64,000 nt of DNA from Tubiluchus corallicola (taxonomy: Eukaryota > Animalia > Priapulida), in contig JAQGDQ010000331.1 of assembly GCA_030141605.1 (NCBI GenBank), forward strand, positions 199,279 through 263,278, given 5' to 3'. The position numbers and the translations under genes are program-made. How positions within the stretch are numbered: the stretch's first letter is position 1; each line of letters opens with the position of its first letter. Of the stretch, positions 41,767 to 54,634 are shown piece after piece. The notes beneath the pieces were generated by a model. It worked only from the letters and a program-made list of their open reading frames with translations. It made no database searches and was not told the origin of the DNA.

Positions 41767-44700
41767 GTTATCGGACGGTTTTATTTAGAAACTTAATTTT
41801 AACTGTAAATGTTGTAAATTTCACCTTCCCATTTATATATCACACAACTGTATTCAAATCTCAAGGTTTTGCTAATTATTAACATTTCACATTGTAACAT
41901 GAATTTTTTTCTAACGTAAAAGGTCAAACAGGTTTTTACATTTTACAGTAAATCCTCGTTTAACGTAATCCATTTAAACTGTAGTCTTAAGTGAATCATT
42001 GTCATATGCATCAAAAGCCATGCTTTCTATACGAAAAATAGTAAATCCATGGATATATGTCCCACAGGCATCTCATTGAGAAATGGATTTCTTAGGTGAT
42101 ACAAATCAAATGTATTACAATTTTTAGTTGTATGTAGGCTTACACATTACTTTTTAAATGTACAAAGAACTTCGTTATTGTTATGCCAGTGCAGTTATTG
42201 CACAACATGCAAAAATAAAAGGAATTTTTAAGTAACTTATTTTTCGTGGTCTAGAGTAATTTTAATCCCAGGTTGCCAATCTATGTTTTAATTTTCCAGT
42301 CTCTTTCCTTGATTAGCCTTTTCATCACAGCACAGTTTCTATTGTAACTGGTATAGAGATATTTTATGAAAAAGAACAGTTGCTACAACTGCAGACTACA
42401 GATTACTGCAAACTTTTTCTATATTACCATCAGTTTTATTGTCAAAACTATCATTGTACTCCACCATAGCAGTTGATACCCTATTCCTCCATAATTTTAA
42501 CTGCTGTCATCACCACTGCTTTCCGTCACCACCATCACAAGTACCTCCATGTTCAGCAGCAAGAGCTTCATCACGTCATTTCAGCAGTAGTTTTGTTTTG
42601 TGTAGTTCAAAGCATCTTGCAAAATATAGGATAGAAGATGAGTCACAACACAGCAGACTGTAGCACGTTCAGTAATAACAGCAGTCTTCCCAAGTTTTGC
42701 CCATTTTTTGGCCATCGGGCTAACAGAGGATAGCACCACGCTTTATTTTCAAAGTGCGCCTGGCATGTGCTGGTATCATTTGTACTGGCGCACGTGTCAA
42801 TTAATTTGTATAATTATCAAGTATGACGGTTCAAGCTACCGGCCAATCAGAATGACATTTTCATGACGGGAGATTCTGCTCATGCTGGGCAGTGAAGTCC
42901 TGTAGCAACTGGTGTAGGCCTATGCTTCAAGTAGGTAGTAATTAAATAGATGTATAAAATTAACAAGCTGTGCTTTAGGCTGCCTCGCTGTGCAAATGAC
43001 ACCTCCTCTTAACAGCTCGATAGAGAGATTAGTGTCAGCATCTATGTCAGGAAACAGAAACATAAGGTTTGTTTGTTTTTAACGGCCATTTTAGAACATA
43101 ATAAATGCAGCAAGTAATAGCACTTTATTTAAGATAAAAATTCATTAAGGTTTAATGCTTTAAGGTATGTAAAACATTAATTCACTAAAATGAAACATTT
43201 GTTTATAAGTGAGGCAACAGTGGCAAAATAGGTAGTAATTTATGTATATCGTTTCTAAGTGACAAACTGGCGATATAGCTTTTATTTAGTATTACACCAC
43301 CTTCCTTTATAGTTCATTACCACTTTTAGCAGATATCAGGCTGGAAATCGTATTAATATGGTATCTTAAATTAAGTAGTGCCATTTATTAGCAAGAGAGA
43401 AGCACCTTTAAAATGGGTCGGTTAAACTAGGTCGTAGGGTGTGTCGTATGAAAACGATTTTATAATTTTTATTGCCTCCTTCGGTAAATGAATTGTCTAG
43501 TTGCTAACTTCTTACAGTTTGTCTGATATAGACTGTAGACTTCTTATGAATAATTCCATTTATGCTATAGTACATTTTACTTATGTTATCGTATATTATC
43601 GTAAGCTAATATACTTTGTATGATATAATTCGTTGTTTTAATATGCTTTGTATAATATAATTTAATTCGTTATTTTAAAGGAAAGGTAATATGTTTTTAC
43701 CATTAAATTTTAGCGAGCTACTTCGATAATTTACTTTGAGGGCAATATGCGTGGCAGTACCTTACAATTTTCACACTCGCACCGAATATACTAAAAATGG
43801 GAAACGTAAAATTCTACAAAGCTTACATTCATTCACCTGCAAAACAAAGCAATCATCAGTGAAATCTGTCGATGAGCCAATGGAGCAAATCAGAAACTCT
43901 CGAGACGCCACACATTTGTGCAATTGAACCAGCTACTTGTTCCTGTGCTTCAAAATAGCACCTAGTGCTCATTATGCGTCTGGAAAGTGTGTGTAAGCTA
44001 TGCACTTTGTAATGCAGTATGCAATGGCTTCGTAATGTAGATCGTACATCACAATATAGTAGGGGATGAAAAAAAAGATATTTCGTTATCGTTACAGTAT
44101 GGTGTATTTTAAGAATTCCACGATCTTTACTTTTAATGTGAAGGATAAAATGCCGTAAAAGTGAATTTAAAGTCTATAAAATACTACATGTCATGTTCGT
44201 TTAAGTTCGAATTACGTACGTAAAACATTCTGCGTGGATTATTTGATGTAGCTATCTTACTTCTTAACTATATTTTTTTATTTTTGAATTAGCTTGTGGT
44301 TATATCAAAGTTAAATGCACTTCTGCTCGGTCATAAACAGTGGCAGCTGTTTTCTACTTTTTCAATGACTTGAAGTAGCAGTGAATTGAAGTATCAATTG
44401 CTCCAGCAATTTTGTAATTCAAGTATTAAAGTATCTTTAATTTGACCGCCAAGTCATAGTAAGTTTCCTATGTAAGATATGAATAAAAATCAAGAAGCTA
44501 CGCGTTTCATTTTTTTGTAGAATATGGAGAGAGATTTGGAATTGTCCATTATTTTAATAACTGATCGGTAAGAGGGACAGACACAGACTAAGGGTATGCA
44601 TTGACTGCGGCCCTTTTAAATGTTTTAGGTGCGCCATTGCCGTGCCCGTCGACTGTGGCAAAATTTAGCGCTAGCGAATGCAAGAAAAGTCGTATGAAGT

Positions 44701-47700
44701 TATTTTAATGATCGAAAGATTGGTCTCATGCGCATACTTCAGTGACTGCCTCGAATGACTTCGTTGCGATACTAACGCTGGATTAGTTTTATTAGCCATA
44801 CCGATTCTGGCTATTTCGTTCATACAGTTCGGATGTGTTACATGCGAACGTGTCTGGTCGAGACACCTCTATTGGTTCATTGGCTCATTTTAGAAGTTTA
44901 CCCTAAAATGATGAACTAAATGCCAGTCACACCCTAATCATCTCGTAGGGATTGGAGTGGGTCCTACCTTTCAATGGTGGATTCTAGCTTGTAGTTTGCC
45001 GAAGTGTATAAAAAATACGCTTGTGCGCCGCGCTTTCATCTATGGCAGTTCAGAAAAGTCATCTCCGTAAAGGACCGTACTTCGTACAAGAAAATGCCCA
45101 AAGTAAACGTAAAAGCCAGATATTTAAACAGTGACTTACTATATATGAATAAATATAAAATTTATTGCTTAAACGTGTAATCATGATGGTCAGCAATGCC
45201 CAAACGTTCCAGGTAACGTGCCCGCAGTGTGTATTGTTTAATTACTATGCATAGTTCATAACCCATAAAAATCCGGGTCATATTGAATTGATGTCAAACA
45301 TGTTGGTCTATCGCTCCGCCCCCGCTGCAACGTAAGCGCGCTCAGCAGTATTCGGGACAACAGCTCACGCAGGCCAACAATTCTCTAAGCTAAACTAAAC
45401 TAAACAACATGACAGTCACAGCTAATGTCTAATCAGCAGACAAACTGATTGCTCTTTTTCATAAACACAAATTTGCAGAGCAGCAGTTATTTTAGCACGA
45501 AGTTAACACTTCAAGTAGCCAAAAAATGACTTTTCAATTTAAACAGAATGTAGAGACGAAGTTTCAAGGCACTACAAAATACGAGACACAAATATAATAA
45601 AGAAACTAAGCTAATTAGCCTTGCTTTTAACCATGCGAACATCAAGCCTGCGATGTATTTTTCTGTATTAATTGATCATGTGCCCGTCTGCAAGCTTTAT
45701 TAAGTTTTGTATTTTTCTGTTTGTCAGGCTACGGAAATAGAATAAATTTGACTGTTCCATTCCATAGACGACCCTTATATTCAATGCCCGAGTAATGGCA
45801 TCTTTTAACCTTGATTATAACCAGAAAAATAGCGTAAAATTAGCTAATATTACATTGATATATAATATAAGTTTTGACCACATTTGAATTAATTTTGACT
45901 GTGAAGATCTCATTGAGGTTTATAAAAACTGGCCAGAAAAGAAAAGATTTTGTTTTGTCCTTATTTAAAGTTAATCAAATAGTTGTTTTTATCTAAACTT
46001 GCAAAGCCACAAACTAAACAAACTGCGTATTTTCTTGATTGCAAAATGGTTTAATCAGCAACTCATAAACGCAAGCGTTGTGCATTTCTTCCTATAAACG
46101 AAACTAGACTATATATTTCCACTAATTCATTTGCAATAATAAAACCTAGAACCAGGCTAATATTTCTCCCGCTAACTAATGAAAGGTTGAGCATTTTTCA
46201 TAACAGTGTTAGTCGGAGCTGTAGCTAAATGTCACGAACGTACCTGCTGCAGGGGTGTGTGAATTAACTTGCACGCTGATTGGGCAGTCAACGAAAATGA
46301 CTGACATTATATTAGACGTCAATTGTGATCCTGAACTGAGGAATGTGCAAGTTAGTCGAAGACGCACAATTATACTCTAATCATATATAGTTAGCACATT
46401 ATTATTAAAAATTATTTTTTGACAGGTCGGCATACTGTGATACTTCACGTGTGTCTACTGCGTATACGTGCTCCGTCAACGCGACACGCTGTATGGAAGT
46501 GGTCAGAAATGATTTTTAGTGGTCACCCGACTATTACTAAATAGCCCAGCGTTGCTTAACCACTCCTCTTAAATTTGTACGTGGTACATAATAATCTCAG
46601 CTTGATAATAAAGCCTGGTTAGTATGAAATGATAACAATAATTGCGAAAATGTTCAAATTCAGCTGAATGAAGTAAATCGTGGCCTTTTTTGCAAAAATG
46701 GACTCGAAAAAATCTTTTGCGCACTACAAACTAGCCAATTCAAATAGTAGGGCATGCCCCCTATTTATTTCAATAAACTTGGCAATGACCGAAAACTGAA
46801 AAATTGCCTTAATTATTCATTTATACTGTATACATATTTAACAAATCTATAGTAATTAAAATATATACAAAATGAAACGTTTTTTGTCATCTTTGAACAT
46901 TATTCAGAAGTAAATCAAACTTACTTCATTACTATTAGAAAAACTCGAAGTTCACGCCTCAGTTTTCTTAACGCTTTCGTAAGCAATTTTCTCATCGTGT
47001 AATAGATAAGGTGCTGACTAATTAAATATTTTATAATAATGTACACTTTGCTTGACCTGGTTTCACTGCTTTGGTTCATCAAGGTTATTTATTGTATTTT
47101 TCTTGTAAGTTCTAAAGCAGATTAAGATGTTTTGAAAATGGTGGATTGACATACCCTGTAGACAGATTAAATCACGATTTTGTTACCCGCACCAACTGAT
47201 GGATTATTGCTACCTCATTTCAAGATGCAAGTACAGACAGCGATAGATTACTGCATCATCATTTCAAGATTCAAGCGGAGAAAACTTGCGCTGCCTTATC
47301 ATCCTACTAAGATTTCTGCAATGCCGCTTGTATATATTAAATACATTCTGCGACATAATGCAGAATGTCGCTGAATTTTTTTACAAGCTTTTTGTTTATT
47401 ATCATCTGCTATGATACTGGATAATTCGATAACTAGAATAACCAAGCTAAACACCTAAATGTCCCAACAATTAATGGTATAATGAACAGTCGCGTTGAGT
47501 CAAAGAAACAAACGTATATATGCTGGCCATTGCCACTGATCAGGTTTTTTTGTAGGTCGCTCTGGTTCTGGGTTCTGAGTTAAATTGAATTTTTACGGTT
47601 ACTCTGCTATATATGGGCAGATAGACAACCTAGAATTTTTAAAGGTTCCGAGAAGGGGATACAAAAGTGGTTAACCAGTTTCCTGGCTTTTTACACGTAC

Positions 47701-49098
47701 AAGGCAATGGAAACGCAATTCACACTATGCACTCCTCATTTAGGGGGAGTTATGATTATATATAACCTGATAGGGCTGCCTCCTACAACCGCCGGATCAT
47801 TCACAGACAAAAAACCTGGAAGCGGAACCCATGCTCTTTTTTATCGATTGCTAAGCACTCTCACTGTCAGATTTCACATAACTGTCGGGAATGAGTTAAT
47901 TGCATAAAATTATAAGCGTATTAGCCATGTCGTTGCTAGAAAATTTCCTCGAGATAATGGACACGAAATGAAATAATCTCATCAAAATGATAAAATATTT
48001 TGCTCCTATTTTCAAAAACCTTTTTAGCTGCTTAAGTTTATAGTCAACCAGCCTGTAAACAAGATTAGTTTACAGGTTGCTGTGTTATGCATGACAGGTC
48101 AACTTTCAAGGTTTATGTAATTATAAATACAAGTTTTACCTTAGGGCGTGTGTATCAAAAAGGTGACTTTCACTAACCCTTCGCGTACTCACAAAGCTTA
48201 TAGTAATGAGTAGCTCCTAGTTGGTTGTTTATTTACTGCGATGTCCCTGGATAAGAAAGTTGGAAAGGTAATGGGAAAAAACAGAGATAACGGACCTACT
48301 ACTCTCAATAGCCTGAGTTAGTAAGTCTTATCACTCTAGTAGAGCACTTAAGCATCTTTATTGCTCCATCCCAGATGACCCACATGGAACAGCGCATTTG
48401 GTGTGAAGTATTTAGTTTGCCTTCACTTAAGAGAATGAAAACAGAACAAGATGCAAAAGAAAATGCCACGGTAAATTAATTTTGGATAATTCCAGCTGCC
48501 CAGGATGATTCCCAAGCCGAGTTATAGGCCGGTTAAGTCGGGTGTAACAAGTACTTACAGCTTGGTTAAGGCCATGTCTACACAACGCTCATCCGTTCCT
48601 GGTGACCAAGAAATACTCTCTTTTGATTTTTCTATGCACGTTGGGTGGGATCTTTTTGTATTAACAGTTCAATCTAGAATGACTGCGAAAGCAGCTTAAT
48701 TCCCTTATCGCCGCGAGCTGTTTTTATTCTATGCTTAATTCTGTCTAGTTAGTATTTAATTTACCGGAACACGTCGACTTTTCCGATTCGCTCACCATCG
48801 TGAATCGCACAGCGATTCCTCTAACACCGCACTGTGAAAGAATGCATACCTGCGTGAACCCCAAGGCCGGGCTGTCGTAAAAATTAAAATTTAACTTTCT
48901 CCGTTTTACCCGCTAGCGATGATATGTGGTCTACTTTTCCTGCTGCTGCTTGGGACTCACAGAGCCGTGTAAATTCATGTTTAAATGGAACATGGAGAGA
49001 AAATCAGCATCCAACCTGTGAGCTCTGAGACAGTGAGTGGACTGTTTTCTGCAATTATGTGCATATTGTTACTTGATTGAACGGCACAACGGTTGAAT

Positions 49099-52000
49099 AT
49101 GCATCTTGTTGTCTTAGCTGCCTGGATAATAGTCTGTGGTAAGTTTGTCGTGATAATTGTCGTAAGCTGTAAAACTTTCAGAAGTTTATTCAGCAATAAA
49201 TAAATAAAAATAAAAACCAGTAAATTGGCCTTTACCGTATTTTATCCTTATTTCGTTTACAAAAAATTATAAACATGATTGAAAAATAAACAGATAAAAG
49301 CATCAAAAATTCTATAAAATTTGGAAAGCAATTTTATTAAAATAAAAGATAGTATCAAAAGTATATAAACAACTGACAGGCAGTTTTTTAATTTTATAAA
49401 GCTGACATATTTCTTTTGACTAATTATTACCGTAATAATATAAACTTTTTTTACCACGATAAGACCTTGTGAGTTTTTGCAATATACATGCGTTACGTTT
49501 CAAACTTGCAACCGCAAAGTTTGATACGTGAAAAATGAACAAATACAGACATTCCCTCGTTATAACCTGCGTCACGAACTATGTATCTCTCAAGCTACAA
49601 TATACATATATAGACGAAAAATAAAAATATTTTAGCTAGCCTCATAATCATGCAAACGTCCGCTCTGTACGTTGTAAAAATTGTAAAAAGAGCCCATAAA
49701 TTAATCTCACAGTTTATTTTACACATATCAGATCAAACAATGCCACGCTTTACTTATTACACTTTTAAGGTCAGTATAACATATAATCTTTTTATTACAA
49801 CAAAACACCGTGTTGTCAACAACAAATGAAAGCTTTGATGACCTGCTGAAATCGCAAGTTTCAGAAAAAAAACGTTTCTAGAATAAAATTATAACATTTG
49901 ATCTTATGTCTAGCTACTTAGATTTAGATATCTTTAGATTAATTTTATAGATCAGTGCTCTTGCGTTCGTAAGTACCATGCATGCAGCACACGAACTTCA
50001 CTTAAAAATATTATAGGAACTGTTAGTTAGCATTGGAGAAGCCTTCAATTAATAGTTTTTCCATATAAGTCTGCAAGAAGTACTTTCCATAAACTTACAG
50101 AATATGTAGGATGTCGCTGAATTTACACCATACAGCAAGTATAGCGGTGGTGGTTTAAATATATCCTAACAACATCACATTTTTTTAATAATGACAACTT
50201 TTTTTCTTAATCAAGTATAAGAGACTTAATTTATAATAACGTGCTGTCAGAAATTTAGTTTCTTCAATTTTCCAAAATAGACAGGTGGGGTGTATGCCAG
50301 AGCTGGCTGGTCTGGCTATATACGCACATCACATAGACGATTACCAATATGTAAAATGTAAAATGGTCCTTGAATAACTATTTACAGTTAACCAGATGCG
50401 AGCAAACCATTTATATGGTTGTACAGCTGATTTTTAAAATGTCATGCCTTTAAGCGTATACTAGAAACTCATCCTTGAAATCTATTGAATCTTTGAAATC
50501 ATATGAAAAACGATTGCCAGATTTTGATCCATGCGCCACATACATAATATATCCCAAGGGGGCGAAGGCCAACGCAGGCTTTTCAAGCGTGGGTTTTCCG
50601 CGTAGTGAAAATCGAAAATAGTATTAGTCAAGACATGAGAGGATTTAATATAAATGAAGAAGGCTAAGTGCGTGTATTACCTTTGCACTTTCAATTAGAA
50701 TGCAAAATGAAGAAATGACTGGCGGCAATAATTAGAAATGAGACGAGTTCGCAAAGTTTAACATTACAGTTTTGTCTTTGAAAAAGCCACATGTTGCTGC
50801 TATGGGCTTGATCCTTCACGAAAGCAGGAAAATTAATGAGTAGTGAATTTAATTACCAAATTTTTCGAGTAAAATTAACCACAAATTAATTAATTCAATT
50901 TAAGTAATTTCAAATACTCTAGAATCCTAGATTGTTTTGCTGATTGTCGTTCTGAGAAATTTATTATGTGCTACAAAATTATTGTCAGTTAAAGTATTTT
51001 GTTTACTATTCTGTCACACGCTCATCTAAATCTAGGTAGTTCCACAGTCCTCACTCCACGGTAGGATCTAATGATTAGACTAGCCTTCCACAGTCCTCTT
51101 GAAAATCAAGTTAGTTACTCTAATAGTCATAGAAATAATTACTTAGTATTGGCGAATGCGTACGTCAGATGGCTGCGAACCTGCATTCATATTTAGTTAA
51201 CGTGGAGCCAAAAATACGGACAGAACAGAGTGGTTTCTTGGAGAAGTCCTGCAAAAAGCACAATATGAAGTATAAAGTAAATCTTTGACAACTAAAAAAT
51301 GGAGAAAATCTGTGCGTAAAATAATTTAAATGACCCTCAATAGAAGTTTTCAAAACACACATCTCAGCGCCTGCTGCGTCATAGCGTCAAGGTTTTACAT
51401 AGTTCATACCGACGTGCTTAAACTGTTTAATATTAATCTCCTTACTTGATCTCCATTATATTCCACCACCCAATAAAATGTATTTTAGTGTGTTAATATT
51501 TTACACAAACGTACGATAGGAAAGGTAATCATAATAGTAAGCAGTAATTACGTAAGAATACGAGCTTATAGTGATTGTGATTCTTTTGATATCTTACGAT
51601 TGCCATTGCGTCAATGGAGCTACGCGTAATGAGGTACGTGTATTGTGTAACCAAAATATTTTGTATGAGTAATCGGATATAGTTGAAGTATGATAGAAAA
51701 AAAGGTAACTTCACTTTCGGATTGAACGTGCGTGTCATAAACGTAAGTTCTGAAGTCACATGCTTAAACGGTTAAACCTATACTGCATGATAGAGTGAAA
51801 CTTTCATTCTTTTACTGATCTGTGAAATGAAATCATTTACGACTCAAACGAATTTACATGAAAACACAGGAAAGGTGTTGTTTACATGTTCTTGTTCTTG
51901 TTTGCTCTGCTCTGAGGGCACGCTTATTAGACACGAAGCGTCGGTTACCTTATGTAGCTTAAACATGTAAATGTTAATCGCACTAACGTTCATTTTGCAC

Positions 52001-54593
52001 ATGTAGGAATACCTAATGTTGTTCATGCTATCTGTGAAGGAGAAAAACATTATGATCAAGATCTCACATCCTGCGTACATTTCTACGTGTGTAAGCGAGA
52101 CGGTAATCATATTAGGAAACGCTGTCAGGCTCACTTGCACTGGAATTCCAAAGACGAGACGTGCGACTGGCCAGTTTACGCAAAATGCAAAAATGTCAAG
52201 TGGCACGGTATCGTCTGTGATTTTTGAGTAGCTTGCACTGCATTCGCACCAGCACGTTTGCACCGTTCGGTAGATATAGTTCATTAGGGTCTCTCGGGTG
52301 GTCTGAGCACAATTCACTTTTTGCAGTTACATGCACATTGCACAATTCACAAAGTACATTTCACTTTAGCTTAACTGACCCACAATTAACACAATGACTA
52401 GAAACTCTTCACTAGGATAAGTGGGACTCTTAACAGTGTTTAAGTACATGAAGTGTAAGGAAATGTCAATGTGCTTGCAGGCATTTGCGAGTCATACTTG
52501 CAAGGTTTTCCTGTTGGTGGTGATATCAACTCACTTTCCGTCTATACTTTCTTTCAACCCGAGGAGCATATACACATATATGGGTTACCAAGCACACATT
52601 ATTGCTAAAAAGTCTACTTTGTTAATGATAATTTCAAGACAATCACATAATCAATATCAATTAATGGTGAAATGAATGCACAACTAATATTTCTGAAACG
52701 AAATTAACCAAAAGAATACGTATGCAACTAACGACTTCCTATTGTTAAGGGGTTCTAATATTTCAAGTGTTATTTCAATAAATTACTATATAAGTGTTTG
52801 ACTATAGATTTAAAACAAATAAGCTTTTGTCCACTTTTATCTAAAGAAGAAACTTAGTTCTGGCACATATGAGTCTCTGAGGGTGGGCACAGCCATGATC
52901 ACTCCTTATCACAAAATGCTTATAATAAAACCTCACCTCAGTAAAAAAAATCGTTAACTGTTTAACCACGGGGAGTTTTTCTATTAATTACATTAGTTGT
53001 AAATTCCGATTAGTGACCTATTAGTTAATAATTAATGGGGGCATTTAATGTCTACAGGCTTCACAACATATTAACAATTTAGGCAACAATCATAGGTGCA
53101 ATTCCGTTGAAAATGACAAACATGAAATAAAACAAATTTTCTGTTATCATCTAGCCTACGTCTCAATTGATTGTTAACGTTTTATTGTGTACAAAAAATA
53201 TTTTCTAAATTAAAACTCAAACAGTACACATTAGATTATATTATCAGCTTTTCAGACTTCATCCTTGCAACTTTAAATACTACATTTAATTGTATCTCAT
53301 AAATTGTGACTTTGACAAAATTATGTGTTACTTTCGACTAACCCTGATACTCGTGTAGCATGCACGATTTGTTTGCTCACAAACCTTGGAAGCACGCGGC
53401 AGCAGTGGCATTCAATTTGTATTCTGCATTACAACGTAGGGATTGTAAATGACGAGTAAAAAAATGGCAAAATGTGTATAAGTATACATTATAATGGGTG
53501 TGATTAACCTTATTATTGCCATGTGTTACTGTAAGTACTTGACAATGTAAATTATCCCTAACTGACATTGCTGCAATATTTGTCCGAATCAAAGCGGAGA
53601 GATTTTTGAGACATGTATCAGGCCCAAGTAAAGTGCATGACTAACTTAGATTTGAAATTTCAGAAAAGACTTACGTAAAATGGTTCAGATTTTAATCTCT
53701 GATCCCGCTATAAAGTTATGACACAAGCTTCTGCCCACTTTTGTAACAAAGCTTTCCTTTTCTTGAAAGACAGAACGAACAACAAAAATTGCCAAATAGA
53801 AGCAAAAGCCTTTAAAAATTTTATAACTTTACCTCTAAAAAGTTTTTCGTTACATTCAATGTTGAAACAAAACAGTTTTAAAAATAAAAATACTAAAACT
53901 GCAAATCAGTAATTTAATTAACAGGAAAATCGGCAAATTGCACACTACCGTGATTCATGACGGTTAGTGTTATAAAAGATCGTCCCAAAAGCTAATATTG
54001 TTAATCCTTCTGGAATTTTACAGCATCTAATAAACAGCGATTATGACCATTCGTGCAGCTTATAAGCAGGTCACAAAAGATTATCTACTTAAGATATGAA
54101 ATAAGAAAAACGTGAACGTTACCCATTAAACGAAGTTCTAAACGGTTCACAAGTTACGCGTGAAGGGCCATTATATGCAAAGGAAAGGAAGGTCTAGTAA
54201 CAGTAATTTGTTTATACAACCTAGTGACAGTATCAACGATGTTATTCAAACTATTTGCAAAACTCTTTAGGGAGGAATTCATAATTTACGTGGCTTACTT
54301 TAATAAGATAAAGTTTAAAAAAAACTGACTTGGCCTTCTGACTGCCAGCAGTTGTTTTGCGGCCGAGTCTAACGAAAGGCCCCGACTCATTTCCTGGACT
54401 GTGTACTGTAAATAGTCTTTTTTGTCACTCTGACCCATTTTTTTTATAAACTGCTTGTCTTTGTCAATCATCTCAGTCATAATTTTACTCCATAATTCGA
54501 AAAGATCAAACTTAAGAATCTTATATTATCCAATTGGGCACGGTTTGGCGTTACTTGTCGAACTAGAGGTAAAAACAATTTCGCAATTGCAAA

Positions 54594-54634
<41 letters not shown>

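Noticed and set aside
47039-47104. Hydrophobic mini-ORF MYTLLDLVSLLWFIKVIYCIFL followed by GTAAGT, as first exon of the CDA-like gene
   Set aside because: Its phase-0 donor is incompatible with the phase-1 CBM14 exon; 49099-49138 fits exactly.
48919-48972. Signal-peptide-like ORF MICGLLFLLLLGTHRAV*
   Set aside because: It ends in a stop with no phase-1 donor; at most a uORF.
49951-49968. 18-nt candidate micro-exon with good splice sites (TTTTATAG|...|GTAAGT)
   Set aside because: Not needed for the model, and it would insert DQCSCVR into an otherwise clean signal peptide.
51844-52317. 157-aa minus-strand ORF
   Set aside because: Antisense shadow of the CBM14 exon; no recognisable motifs.
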